A stretch of DNA of 64,000 nt, from the NCBI GenBank assembly GCA_964016885.1, contig OZ024744.1, positions 77,686,001-77,750,000 of the forward strand. Direction: 5' to 3'. This document shows positions 39,644 to 51,993 of this stretch, piece by piece (position 1 is the first letter of the stretch; each line of letters opens with the position of its first letter). The translations under genes and the position numbers were made by a program. The notes under the pieces were generated by a model, which worked only from the letters and a program-made list of their open reading frames with translations, was not told the origin of the DNA and did not search any database. This stretch comes from Eledone cirrhosa. Its lineage: Eukaryota.

Positions 39644-39830
39644 TGTTTCTACTTTTGGCACAAGGCCAGCAATTACCCAGTACATCACTGGTACTATATT
39701 TTATTGACCCCGTAAGGATGAAAGGCAAAGTTAACCTCAGTGGGATTTGAACTCAGAATGGAAAGAGCCATAACTCTATGCGTCAAAGCATGGCATCAGA
39801 CCCTCTACCAGTACTGTCGATCCACCGCCC
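39644..39830 (-). mobile_element. Meta-core SINE
   Basis: Full reverse-complement copy; TSD taagttaataat. Confidence 0.85.
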
Positions 39831-40319
39831 CTACTAAGTTAATAATGAAAGTTATATTACTAAATCCTCCCAAATTCTTGAAGGTTTTCAAAGTTAATTG
39901 AAAATCACAGGCAGTACCTTTCATTGGAAATATAGCAACGGTTTATGATTTAGGCACAAGGCCAACCATTTTTGGAGAAGAGGAAAGTTGATTAAATCGA
40001 GCTCAGTGCATTACTGGTACTTTATTTTATCGACTCTGGAAGGATGAAAATCGAAGGTTATATTACTAAATCCCTTCAAATTGATGGGTTTTCAAAATTA
40101 TTTGAAAATTATAGGTAGTACCTTTCATTGAAAATATAGTAATGAAAGTAAGATAGATATAGGTGTGAACAGAGAGGGAGGTGTTAATAGGACTGTATAT
40201 GTGTGTGTGTGTATAGTCTCTCTGTAGTGTTTGTGTGTTTATATGTATATATGCCTCCTTTTCATTTGGTATGCATAGCTGTCAGAGAAATGTATGTAGT
40301 TTCATTAGGTGCTGTTTAA

Positions 40320-40855
40320 CCCTTTACCATTTACATTGCTCTATATTTACTATTATATTTTCATGGTAAATGCTTTACCTCAAATCTATGAGATTTTGAT
40401 ATTATTTATTTTGAGAACAATACCTTATCATTGGTATAAGTGGTCAGTTATAGCCAGTTTGAACAGAAAGAGGTGAGAGAATTCTGGCTGAATACGGCCG
40501 GTTTGAATGCTAAAAGGTTAATCTCAAGTCATCTGCCGTCTAGTAGATCTGAAGGCATTCCATCCATGGCCATCTTTCCATGTATTCAGAAACATTTTAT
40601 CTAATGTAGTTCTTTTAAGACAACAGGCTGCTATTTCTTAAAGGCCAAGAAGAAATTGCATTTGTGTGTTTAACCCTTTAACATTTACATTACTCTATAT
40701 TTACTACTACATTTTCACAGTAAAGGCTTTACCTCACATAATATAAGATCTACAAGATTTTGATGTTATTTATTTTGAGAACAATACCTTAACATAAGTA
40801 TGAGTTGCTGGTTTGAACAGAAAGAGGTGAGAGAATTCTGGTTGGATACAGCCAG
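40320..40855 (-). mobile_element. Two MITE family A copies (40320-40517; 40674-~40855 truncated)
   Basis: TIR and internal consensus match. Confidence 0.8.
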
Positions 40856-40877
40856 GGTTGATCTTGTGTACTTATAA

Positions 40878-41252
40878 CTGTTTCTACTTTTTAGCACAAG
40901 GCCAGCGTATTACTGGTACTTTATTTTATCGACCCCCGTAAGGATGAAAGGCAAAGTTAACCTCAGCGGGATTTGAACTCAGAAAGGCAAGGGCCGTAAC
41001 TCTATGCATCAAAAGTATGGCGTCTGACCCTCTACCGATACTGCCAATCCACCGCCCCTAAATAATTGTTTCTACATTTGGCACAAGGCCAGCAATTACC
41101 CAGTACATTACTGGTACTTTATTTTATCGAACCCCGTAAGGATGAAAGGCAAAGTTAACCTCGGTGGGATTTGAATTCAGATCATAAAGGGACGTAACTA
41201 TGCTGGAAAGCATGGCGTCCGACTCTCTACCTATACTGCCAATCCACCATCC
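40878..41252 (-). mobile_element. Two tandem Meta-core SINEs
   Basis: Reverse-complement copies ending ccaatccaccgcccc / ccaatccaccatcccc. Confidence 0.85.
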
Positions 41253-41885
41253 CCTTGTGTACATATAATAATGAAATTGTGTACAGTGCTCAGGTGCACT
41301 ACAACTCATCAAAGGTGCATGTATAGTTCATAGAATAATATACAAATGTACAGGTACATAGAATAATGTACATAGTTGGTGTGTGTGTATGTATGAGACA
41401 TAGAGGTTACTAGTTAAAACCAATAAGACCATTATTCAGCTTAGCACTCTTATACTAAAGAAAAGTAGAGTTTAGAGATATTGTTTGAAGGGTTTTGTAC
41501 CCCACAGTTAAGCTTTTACTATTTCTTGAAATAGTAAAAACTTAACTATGTGTATCTGGTTTAGAATAACTACAGTGTATCCCTGAATGTTGTAAGAAGT
41601 GACTAAAAGGTTTAGAGTTAGGAAGGGCATCCAATTGTAAAAGATTGGCTAAAAAAAGTCCTGTCTACCTGATACCAGTTTGGAAAAGTTGATGTAAAAA
41701 GGTTTAATATGCACACACATATACAGTGTATCCCCGACATTCGCGGTCCTGGTTATTCACGGATTTTCCTTAGAACCTAACTAATAATTCATGGAAAGCA
41801 CCGCATATTCGCGTAAATATCTTCTACGATTTTTTTTCATGGCAATATATATATTTTTTAACACTAAATTATTATATATTATAAG

Positions 41886-42268
41886 AGCAGTGGATTGGCA
41901 GTATCGGTAGATGGTCTGACGCCATGCTTTGCAGCGTAGTTACATCCCTTTACGTTCTGAGTTCAAATCCCGCCGAGGTTAACTTTGCCTTTCATCCTTA
42001 CAGGGTCGATAAAATAAAGTACCAGTAATACACTGGGATAATTGCTGTCCTTGTGCCTAATGTAGAAACAATTATATATTATAAGGGCGAAGGATTGGCA
42101 GTATCGGTAGAGTCGGACGCCATGCTTTGCAGCATAGAGTTACGGCCCTTTACGGACAGCTCAAATGCCGCCAAGGTTAACTTTGCCTTTCATCCTTATG
42201 GGGTTGATAAAATAAAGTACCAGTAATGTACTGGGATAATTGCTGGCCTTGTGCCAAAAGTAGAAACA
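41886..42268 (+). mobile_element. Two tandem Meta-core SINEs inside a Tigger-like fragment (starts ~41724)
   Basis: Both are full length; attatatattata(ag) is repeated at 41871, 42071 and 42269. Confidence 0.85.
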
Positions 42269-43022
42269 ATTATATATTATATACCATAATTGCTGGCGTA
42301 TTGGACGCCCTTCGCATTGTTTAAAATTATATTTTGATGGTTATAGACCACATCCAATATTAGCAGTTTTTATTCCTCGCGAGTGCTCTAGGAGCATAAC
42401 CTTGACGAATACTAGCGAACAACTGGCTATATAGTTCAAGGATACATATATATATGTGTATGTAGATGTCATGACAAAGAGCACCCTGCCCACACTGTAA
42501 AGTGCTCATGTAGGAGTCGCAACAAAGAGCACCCAGCCCACTGTCAATGTGGTTGGTGTTAGGAAGGGCATCCAGCTGTAGAAACCAGGCCAAGTACTGT
42601 ACATAATAATTTTCATTATTCGAGACCTTTGGCGGTACTCAGTAATAGAGAAGACCCGCCTTACCTAAATACAAAGTAAAAACCTACTACAGTCAGTAGG
42701 CATCTCTATCAAAACACCCCCCCGTCCCACCACCTCCACCCCATCCACACCGCCCCTTGGTCCCACAACATCCAGGCCGAAACAAATGAGATCGTGTAGG
42801 TGTCACGACAAAAAACACACAGTCCACGCTGTAAATGTGGCCGTGTAGGCAACACGGTAAAAACCTCCCAGCCCCACACTGTAAATGTGGTTGGTGTTAG
42901 GAAGGGCATCCAACTGTAGAAAACCCGCCAGACAGTCCTATGCGAGCAAGACAACCACTCTTGCCTCAAGTGGGAAAACCCCCGTCCAAACCCATGCAAG
43001 CGTGGAACACGGACGCTAAACC

Positions 43023-43057
<35 letters not shown>

Positions 43058-43059
43058 AC

Positions 43060-43240
43060 AGAATTGGCAGTATTGGTGGAGGGTCAGACGCCATGCTTTC
43101 TAACATAGTTACATCCCTTTACGGTCTGAGTTCAAATCCCGTTGAGGTTAACTTTGCCTTTCATCCTTACAGGGTCGATAAAATAAAGTACCAGTAATGT
43201 ACTGGGTAATTGCTGGCCTTGTGCCAAAGGTAGAAACAAT
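43060..43240 (+). mobile_element. Meta-core SINE
   Basis: Consensus match. Confidence 0.8.
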
Positions 43241-43448
43241 TATTATTACATAAAATCAGTTCTGTATGAGCAAGGCATGGTCACCTGATCCAACTTGCCT
43301 CAAATGGAATAACTAATCTAACCCATGCTAGCATGGAAAATGAATGTTAAATGATGATGATTTATATATATATAGTGTGTGTGTGTGCACAGTTAACATA
43401 TGTAGTCATCTCCCTACTCCCCCTTTCCTTCTACTGGTATAGGTTTAA

Positions 43449-43654
43449 CCCTTTAACATTTACATTACTCTATATATACTATTATATTTTCACAGTAAAG
43501 GCTTTACCTCGTTTAATATTGAATCTATGAGATTTTGATATTATTTATATTGAGAACAATACCTTAACATCAGTATGAGTGGCTAGTTACAGCCAGTTTG
43601 AACAGAAGAGGTGAGAGAATTCTGGCCAGATATGGCCTGTTTAAATGCTAAAAG
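43449..43654 (-). mobile_element. MITE family A copy
   Basis: ttaa-ccctttaacattta ... tttaaatgctaaaag. Confidence 0.8.
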
Positions 43655-44234
43655 ATTCTACATTAGTACTTTATTGTTTTAATCAAAGATAAAAGGGGTG
43701 TGGATTAGAGGTCAACTCTCCCTCTTTCTATCCTTTAGTCATTAACATTTTACTGATTGGCCTATTCTCATGGTCATAGTGATGACGATGATGACAACTA
43801 TTATCATTAATTATTACTGTGGAATTTAATGCTTACAAAGTCATCTACTGTAAGTTGAGGAATGTGCTACTACATGCTCTTTGGATATAACTGAAAATTT
43901 AGAAAGATTCAGTAAGATAATTAAATTCATCTTATCGACATTATCACTGGTTAATGTCCATTTTCCACACTAGCATGGATTAGACGGGTTATCCCAAGTC
44001 AAATCAAATGACTATGCCTTGCTTACACAGAACCACTTCTAGCTTGATTTCTACAGCTGGATGCCCTTCCTAATACCCTAACACATTTACAGTGTGGACT
44101 GGATGCTTTTTAATGTGGCACGGAAACGACCACTTTACAGTGTGAACTGGCCACTTGTAATAAAATAAGAATTTTAGTAAATCACTCAAAAACCTTTTCA
44201 TTAAATAATTGAAATAGTGTATTTCATTTCAAAT

Positions 44235-44410
44235 AATTGTCTACTTTTTTTGGCACATGGCCACCAATTACCCCAGTGTATTACTGATATTTTATTTTAT
44301 CGACCCCGTAAGGATGAAAGGCAAAGCTAACCTTGGTGAGATTTGAACTCAGAACGTAAAGGGCCATAACCCTATACTACAAAGCATGGTGTCTGACACT
44401 CTACCAATGC
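44235..44410 (-). mobile_element. Meta-core SINE ~140 bp upstream of the acceptor
   Basis: ttttatcgaccccgtaaggatgaaaggc...gatttgaactc. Confidence 0.8.
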
Positions 44411-44519
44411 CATGAAAAGGTTACTGTTCCACCATGCATGTTAACACTAATGTAACTATTGATGTATTCCTTCGATTATATATGAATTGTGTTGTGTGTG
44501 CAGTAAATGCAATGAATAA

Positions 44520-44549
44520 GATTAACTTTTTCCTTATTTTTTTTTTCAG
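44520..44549 (+). promoter_or_regulatory. 3' splice site (branch point, polypyrimidine tract, AG) of the coding exon
   Basis: gattaac-tttttccttattttttttttCAG|A, 69 nt upstream of the ATG. Confidence 0.75.
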
Positions 44550-44618
44550 ATTGTTTAATAAAGGCAACTGTTTGAGTAGCCATTGTTTTGAGGGACGTTC
44601 TACTGGTTTTGCTGCATA

Positions 44619-45890
44619 ATGGCTCAAAATGATCTTCAACTTTCAAATGAAAATACCCACAGCCAAAACGGCTCTGAAGAGGACTCAATGGATATATGTG
44701 ATAACACTTTGGAAGCATCTCAGGAAAGCAAACCAGATCGAAGTCGAAGAAAAATTGGTCACCTAAAACAATCAACACTTGAAGATCGTAGACATGATTC
44801 TTCTCCTCAGGAAAGCTACATGCAAGATATTCCTCTTGATTTTTCTATGCCAAAACGAAAAGATGATCTAGATTCTTTAAGTAATTCACCAAAACATGAA
44901 GTTCATTCCCCATTCATGTCCTCTTCACCCCCACATACAATGGTTTCGGGAAGAAATTCTTCCAATATATATAATGAATGTGGTGGCACTAATGGCTGTG
45001 TCTCACCTGCTGATATACCATCTGAACATATTTTATCTGGTCCTTGTGACAACAAATCTTCTGATGCCATGTCGGCTTCACTTGTGAATGGCCAACTCAT
45101 TGATGCTGGCATGTCCCCAGATTTTCTTCTCAGAGAAAGATCTCATTCTTTTTCCTCCTCTTCTCTGCATAAACACAGGCACCATGCCATTCCTCAGCGC
45201 CATCCTCGAGGTGGTATTTGGCGAAGTGGTGGTCAAATACGACCACATCACATGACTGAAACGGCACTAATGTCTGCAATAGCTGCTAATACTGTCGGAT
45301 ATTCAGACCTCATTTCACCACATCCACCTCGGTGTACGTCCCCTATTCTAGGAAATGAAGAAATGTTATTGTACAAAGATCACATGCACAAGTTAGGTGG
45401 GGTCGATAAACATCGCTATACATTCCTTACCTCTGGCATTCCCAGTTGTGTTACCGAAAGCGGCAGTGGTAACAGCATTATTGCTTCTCTCCCGAATATG
45501 TTAGCACCATCCATGCCATCAACAGCTGGTCGACACTCTACAGCAACAGCTAGTGCCGCTGCTACAACAAACTGTATTTCATCCTCAATAACTCCGCCCT
45601 CTACATCCTCCATATCCTCCACATCACCAAGCTGTACCATGGTAACAACTACCCCTGCCAAAAGGCGTCCCAGGTCCCTGCCAGACAACCAGAAAGACGA
45701 AGCTTACTGGGAAAGGAGACGGAAAAACAACGAAGCTGCTAAAAGGTCTCGAGATGCCAGAAGAATGAAAGAGGAGGAAATAGCAATGCGAGCGTCTTTT
45801 TTGGAACAAGAAAATCTAAAGCTCAAAGTCGAAGTTGCTTCTTTAAAAACAGAAACAGCCAAACTGAAATGTCTGCTATTCAACAGTTAA
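44619..45890 (+). CDS. PAR-subfamily bZIP transcription factor, giant/CES-2-like (423 aa, uninterrupted ORF)
   Basis: C-terminal [76 protein letters not shown] is a PAR-bZIP basic region plus zipper. The KEEEIAxRA signature is closer to giant/CES-2 than to HLF/TEF/DBP. N-terminal PLDFS motif; in-frame TGA at 44589 supports this ATG. Confidence 0.93.
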   Translation: MAQNDLQLSNENTHSQNGSEEDSMDICDNTLEASQESKPDRSRRKIGHLKQSTLEDRRHDSSPQESYMQDIPLDFSMPKRKDDLDSLSNSPKHEVHSPFMSSSPPHTMVSGRNSSNIYNECGGTNGCVSPADIPSEHILSGPCDNKSSDAMSASLVNGQLIDAGMSPDFLLRERSHSFSSSSLHKHRHHAIPQRHPRGGIWRSGGQIRPHHMTETALMSAIAANTVGYSDLISPHPPRCTSPILGNEEMLLYKDHMHKLGGVDKHRYTFLTSGIPSCVTESGSGNSIIASLPNMLAPSMPSTAGRHSTATASAAATTNCISSSITPPSTSSISSTSPSCTMVTTTPAKRRPRSLPDNQKDEAYWERRRKNNEAAKRSRDARRMKEEEIAMRASFLEQENLKLKVEVASLKTETAKLKCLLFNS

Positions 45891-46398
45891 AGACCAAGTA
45901 GTTCAAAGGAGAGAAAATGTGTGTTCATTGAAAAGCAAAATGAAAGTATTTTTTTTTCTTTCTTTTTCTTTTTCTTTTTTTTTTTTAAATCTTTCTTCAA
46001 CACCCACATATTCACACACACCCAGAATACTCCATTCATTCCTTCTCATCATTGTTTATCTTTAAATTTTCACAAATGGTGAATTTACTTTTTTTACGTA
46101 AGCACTATTGTATTTTTATTTCTATTTTTATGTTTAATTTGTAGTATTTCAATTTTGACTTTTTTTTATTTTTAGTTCATTAAATTAAATATTATTAATG
46201 ATAATTGTCATCCTCATTGTTATTATAATTATCAGCCAAAATTTGCACTTGCCATGGGGAGGGACACGATGATGGATAAATGGATATATACCACATACTC
46301 CATTGCATCGTCAGCAGTCTCAACACCAATGTCATGTCACAATGGTTTTTGAAGGACACCTATGGTTCATTCTCCCTACCCCATGTTTAGTAATTTCA

Positions 46399-46490
46399 TT
46401 ATTAGTATTAACAACATAAATCTTTTAGTATTATTAGTATTAACAACATAAATCTTTTAGTATTATTAGTATTAACAACATAAATCTTTT
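46399..46490. repeat. 32-bp tandem repeat (~2.9 copies) in the putative 3' UTR
   Basis: ttattagtattaacaacataaatcttttagta at 46399, 46431 and 46463. Confidence 0.9.
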
Positions 46491-46997
46491 CCTCTTTTTT
46501 TAATTTAATAATACAAGAGTAACTTGTTTGTTATGCAGTTACTGGTTTCCTATACAGGTTACCTTGCAAAGTTAATCTCTTCTCCATCTGTTCTACCTGT
46601 ATGTGTATGTGTATGTTTGTACATATATATATATAACACATGGCAGTAGAGTTTGGTGCAAATGATACATCTGGGTTGGTTACAGGTTTGGTGGAGCACT
46701 TTTTTTTTTAAGGGACAGGGAAGCTCATTCTGGCTTCCAGTCTTCTGAGATCTGTGAAATTATGTGTACCGGTAATATAAACTGTTGTAATCCCATTATC
46801 TCTTCTATCTGGTGCTCCCCACATTTTGTCATTTTGCACTTTTTTCAACTACTTGGATACCTACCTTTGAAAAAGTCAAGGGGTTCCATACTTTGCTTTT
46901 TATGATTTGAATATCAACTTCATTAATTATAATCAATAATTATTTATCTATAATGAGAATAATAGTAATAGAAGTAGTAATGATGAGTGGTAATAAT

Positions 46998-47759
46998 GAT
47001 TTCTGATTTAGGTACAAGGCCAACAATTTCAGGTACAGAGCAAAGTCAATTAAATTGACCCTAGTACATTACTGGTGCTTTATTTATCGACACTGTAATG
47101 TTGATAATGATAATGTTTGCTAATTTAAGCACATAGTCAACAATTTAGAGGGGAGGGAAGTTGATTAAATCGACCCCCCCCCCCCCCCCCAGTGCATTAC
47201 ATTGATGATAATTGTTTCTAGTTTTGGCACAAGGCCAGCAAATACCCAGTGCATTATTGGTACTTTATTTTATCGACCCCGTAAGGCTGAAAGGCAAAAT
47301 TAACCTCAGCGGGATTTAAACACAGAATGGCAAGAGCCGTAACTGTATGCTGCAAAGCATGGCGTCGAACCTTCTACCGATTCTGCCAATCTACCATGAT
47401 GATAATGTTTGCTAATTTAGGCACATAGTCAGCAATTTGGCGGGGAAGGAAGTTGGTTAAATGGACAGAATTTAAACTCAGAACATAAAGAGTGCCATAA
47501 CTAAATGTTCTAATGATACTACCAGTCCACGTCCCTAATGGTAATAAACATGGTGATAGTAGTAATAATAATTGTTTCTACTTTTGGCACAAGGCCAGCA
47601 ATTACCGAGTGCATTACTGCTACTTTATTTTATCGACCACGTAAGGATGAAAGGCAAAGTTAACCTCGGCGGGATTTGAACTCAGAATGGCAAGGGCCGT
47701 AACTCTATGCGTCAAAGCATGGCGTCCGACCCTCTACGAATACTGCCAATTCACCGCCC
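46998..47759 (-). mobile_element. Cluster of nested Meta-core SINEs
   Basis: The best-preserved copy, 47573-47759, has a perfect 18-bp TSD (gatagtagtaataataat); another copy lies at ~47212-47395. Confidence 0.85.
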
Positions 47760-47888
47760 GATAGTAGTAATAATAATAATAATAATAAATGAGGATGATA
47801 GTAACCTGCTGTTCATTTTCCATAACATAAATGTTTATTATGGCAAATGACTTCATATCTTGCCATTAAGAAAATGTAAGACTGCTTT

Positions 47889-48069
47889 TATACATACATA
47901 TATATATATATATATTTACATACAACATATATATAGACATATACATACATACATACATACACATACATGCATACATACACACACATACGTGTGGTTTCAT
48001 TTTTTTAGCTGAATTTTCACAACTATTTTTATTTTTACAATACTTAACATATATGTGTGTGGTTATATA

Positions 48070-48108
<39 letters not shown>

Positions 48109-48418
48109 TTGTATATATGTATGTATATGTATGTATATATATATTGTATGTATAGGTATGTATATATATATATTGTATGTATAGGTATGTATATATATAT
48201 ATATATTGTATCTATAGGTATGTATATATATATGTATGTGTATGTATATATGTATGTATGTATATATATATTGTATCTATAGGTATGTATACATATATGT
48301 ATGTGTATGTATATATGTATGTATGTATATATATATTGTATGTATAGGTATGTATATATATATGTATGTGTATGTATATATATATGTATATATATATATA
48401 TGTATGTATATATATATG

Positions 48419-48449
<31 letters not shown>

Positions 48450-49016
48450 GTATGTATATATATATGTATATATATATATATGTATGTATATATATATGTA
48501 TATATATATATATGTATGTATATATATATGTATGTATATATATATGTATGTATATATATATGTGTGTATATATATATGTGTATATATATGTATGTGTATA
48601 TATATGTATGTGTATATATATGTATGTATATATATATATATGTGTATAATATATGTATATATATATATATGTGTGTGTGTATAATATATGTATAATATAT
48701 GTATATATATATGTATGTATATATATATATATGTGTATAATATATGTATATATATATATATGTGTGTGTGTATAATATATGTATAATATATGTATATATA
48801 TATATATGTATATATGTATAATATATGTGTATATATATATATGTATAATATATGTGTATATATATATATGTATAATATATGTGTATATATATATGTATAT
48901 ATGTATATGTATAATATATGTATATGTATATATGTATATGTATATATGTTGATATATATGTATATGTATATATGTTGATATATATGTATATATGTATGTA
49001 TATATATGTATGTATG

Positions 49017-49078
<62 letters not shown>

Positions 49079-49240
49079 TATGTGTATGTATATATATATA
49101 TGTGTATGTATATATATATATGTATATATATATATGTATGTATATATATATGTATATGTATATATATATGTATATATATATATATATGTATATATATATG
49201 TATATATGTATGTATGTATATATGTATGTATATATGTATG

Positions 49241-49274
<34 letters not shown>

Positions 49275-49454
49275 TGTATGTATATGTATGTATATATGTA
49301 TGTATGTATATATGTATGTATGTATATATGTATGTATATATGTATGTATGTATATGTATATATATATGTATGTCTATATATATGTATGTATATATATATG
49401 TATATGTATATATATATGTATATGTATGTATGTATATATATATGTATGTATATA

Positions 49455-49491
<37 letters not shown>

Positions 49492-49582
49492 ATATATATG
49501 TGTATATATATATGTGTATATATATATATATATGTATATGTATATATATATATATGTATGTATGTATAATATATATCTATAT
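47889..49582. repeat. (TA)/(TATG)n satellite
   Basis: Direct inspection; ORFs here are artefacts. Confidence 0.97.
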
Positions 49583-49583
49583 A

Positions 49584-49757
49584 CAGTGAAATTCGTTATA
49601 AAGAATTTTTCTTTACAACAAATATTTTTTATACCCTGTTAATTTCATTATAACGAGAATCAACCGAAACAAATCGAGTTATTGTCATTACCTTGGGGGT
49701 TGTAAAAAATTTGTTATACTGAAAAATTTGTTATGATGGTATTTGTTATTTTACCTG
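49584..49757. mobile_element. Tigger-like MITE, degenerate
   Basis: TA-CAGTGAAATTCGTTATAA ... repeated gttat motifs ... CTG-TA. Confidence 0.5.
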
Positions 49758-49761
49758 TATA

Positions 49762-49802
<41 letters not shown>

Positions 49803-50784
49803 TATATCATTAGGTTTCACTTTCTTTTCTTTTGTAACAGAGCAGGATTGTAACTCAGGGATATGTAGACTTTGACTTGCTCATTCTGGGTTGTTGTTGT
49901 TTCTTTCGTTTTGTTTTATTTATTTTTTTTTCTGTTTATTTTGTTTTGACACCTAAAATCTGTGGGTGTTTTTTTTTGTTTTTTTGTTTTTTTTTTAATA
50001 GGGAAATAATAATATAATAATAATGATAATAATAATAATACAAGCTTGTAACCCCAAAAGATGGAATGGAACAAAAGATGAATCTATTCATTACCTCTTT
50101 GTTACATTTGTATGAAAACGTTTGTTAGTGTGTCTGTGTGTGTTTCTATGAGTGTATATATTGTCTTTGTCTATTATTGTTGGGTTTTATTTATATATAT
50201 ATACATATATTATATATGTATATGTATGTATATACGTATATGTGTATATAAATATGTATATGCTGATCTCTTTTTGAAATCAAAAGCTCTTCTTTTTGAT
50301 TTTAAAACTTTAAAAAAAAAAGAATTTTTTTTTTATATAAAATGAAAATTGAAAAAAATGAAATACCAAAATACCGGTAAATTTGTTAAAAAAAAATTTT
50401 TTTTTTCCAATCGCACACTGTGTGATAACAGATCAATTTCCAATTAGCTTAATTTTTGTTATTAATTTTCTGTTTGTATAGGTGGTTTTTTTTTTTCTGG
50501 GGAGTTTTTTTTAATATAGATTTTCTCCATATATTGTCAGTTTCTTTTTATATTTTACTACAAGTATTGTTTGTCAGGTTTTTCATTGTCCAAGAAAAAA
50601 ATATCAATTATTTAAAAATTGTCAATTTTAACTATTTCATTTCCCCCACCCCTCCTAAAATGTAAAACTATGAAATGAAGGCTCATTAAGTTTATAGTAA
50701 GTCTCTCAAACATAAATTCTATTTTCTTTTTCCCGTCCTGTGTCTGATATTTTAATCAGAATACAAATCCCAATTCCAATTTCA

Positions 50785-51160
50785 ATATATACATAATATA
50801 TATATGTATATTATAATATATATATGATATATATATATGATTTATATATATATATTTTATATATGATATATATAATGATATATATATATATTATATATAA
50901 TATAATATATATATATTATATATAATATATGATATATATTTATATATTATATATATATATATTATATATAATATATATATATTATATATATATAATATAT
51001 ATATATTATATATATATTATATATAATATATATACATATATATTATATATAATATAATGATATATATATATATTATATATGATATATATATATATATTAT
51101 ATATAATATATATATTATATATAATATATATACATATATATTATATATAATATAATGATA
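50785..51160. repeat. AT-only low-complexity tract
   Basis: Direct inspection. Confidence 0.95.
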
Positions 51161-51640
51161 TACTCTTTTACTCTTTTACCTGTTTCAGCCATCCGGCTGA
51201 GGCCATGCTGGGGCACCGCCCTTATATATATATATATTATATATAATATAAAAACTAATTTATTACTCCACTCCTACCACCTCACTCCCTTCCTTTTCTT
51301 CTATATTTCTGACAGTCATTCATTATGCCTAAATATAATTTCAAATTATTTCAGCACTGATATTATATACATCCATAATTCATATTATCTATATCTGTTT
51401 TGTCAACTTTTTTTTTTCCAGGGATAACCCTTTCTTTCCTTTCCCCACCACCACCGCCTCCATATACACATGCAAAAAGCAACAATAAATATATATTTCT
51501 CTTTGTGTTTAATTTTCTAAACAAAAGCACCCCCACCCTCTGCCTCGTTTTCTTCCCTCCCTCCCCTGACTCCTAGATTATAGATGAAACAAGGTCCCTC
51601 TGGCAATAAATCAGTATTATTGCTATAAACAGCTTTTCTA

Positions 51641-51686
<46 letters not shown>

Positions 51687-51939
51687 TGTTCAATCATGAA
51701 GTAATAAGCTAATGCATTAAGTATTGCTAGTTTAACTTTCAAAAACTATTCACATTTAATTGCATACACACACACACACACACCTATATATATGGAGAGA
51801 GGGGGTAAAGAGACATGGGTTAAAAATATTTAATTATTCTTTATACATACACGCACATATATATATATATGCACACACACACACATATATATATATGTGT
51901 ATATATGTGTGTGTATGTGTATATATATATTTATATAAT

Positions 51940-51993
<54 letters not shown>

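Noticed and set aside
45399-45410. ggggtcgataaa in the CDS, identical to the SINE core
   Set aside because: Only 12 bp with no flanking similarity; consistent with chance rather than exonised SINE.
44903-45809. Antisense and alternative-frame ORFs overlapping the bZIP CDS
   Set aside because: Short shadows of the real ORF with no recognisable motifs.
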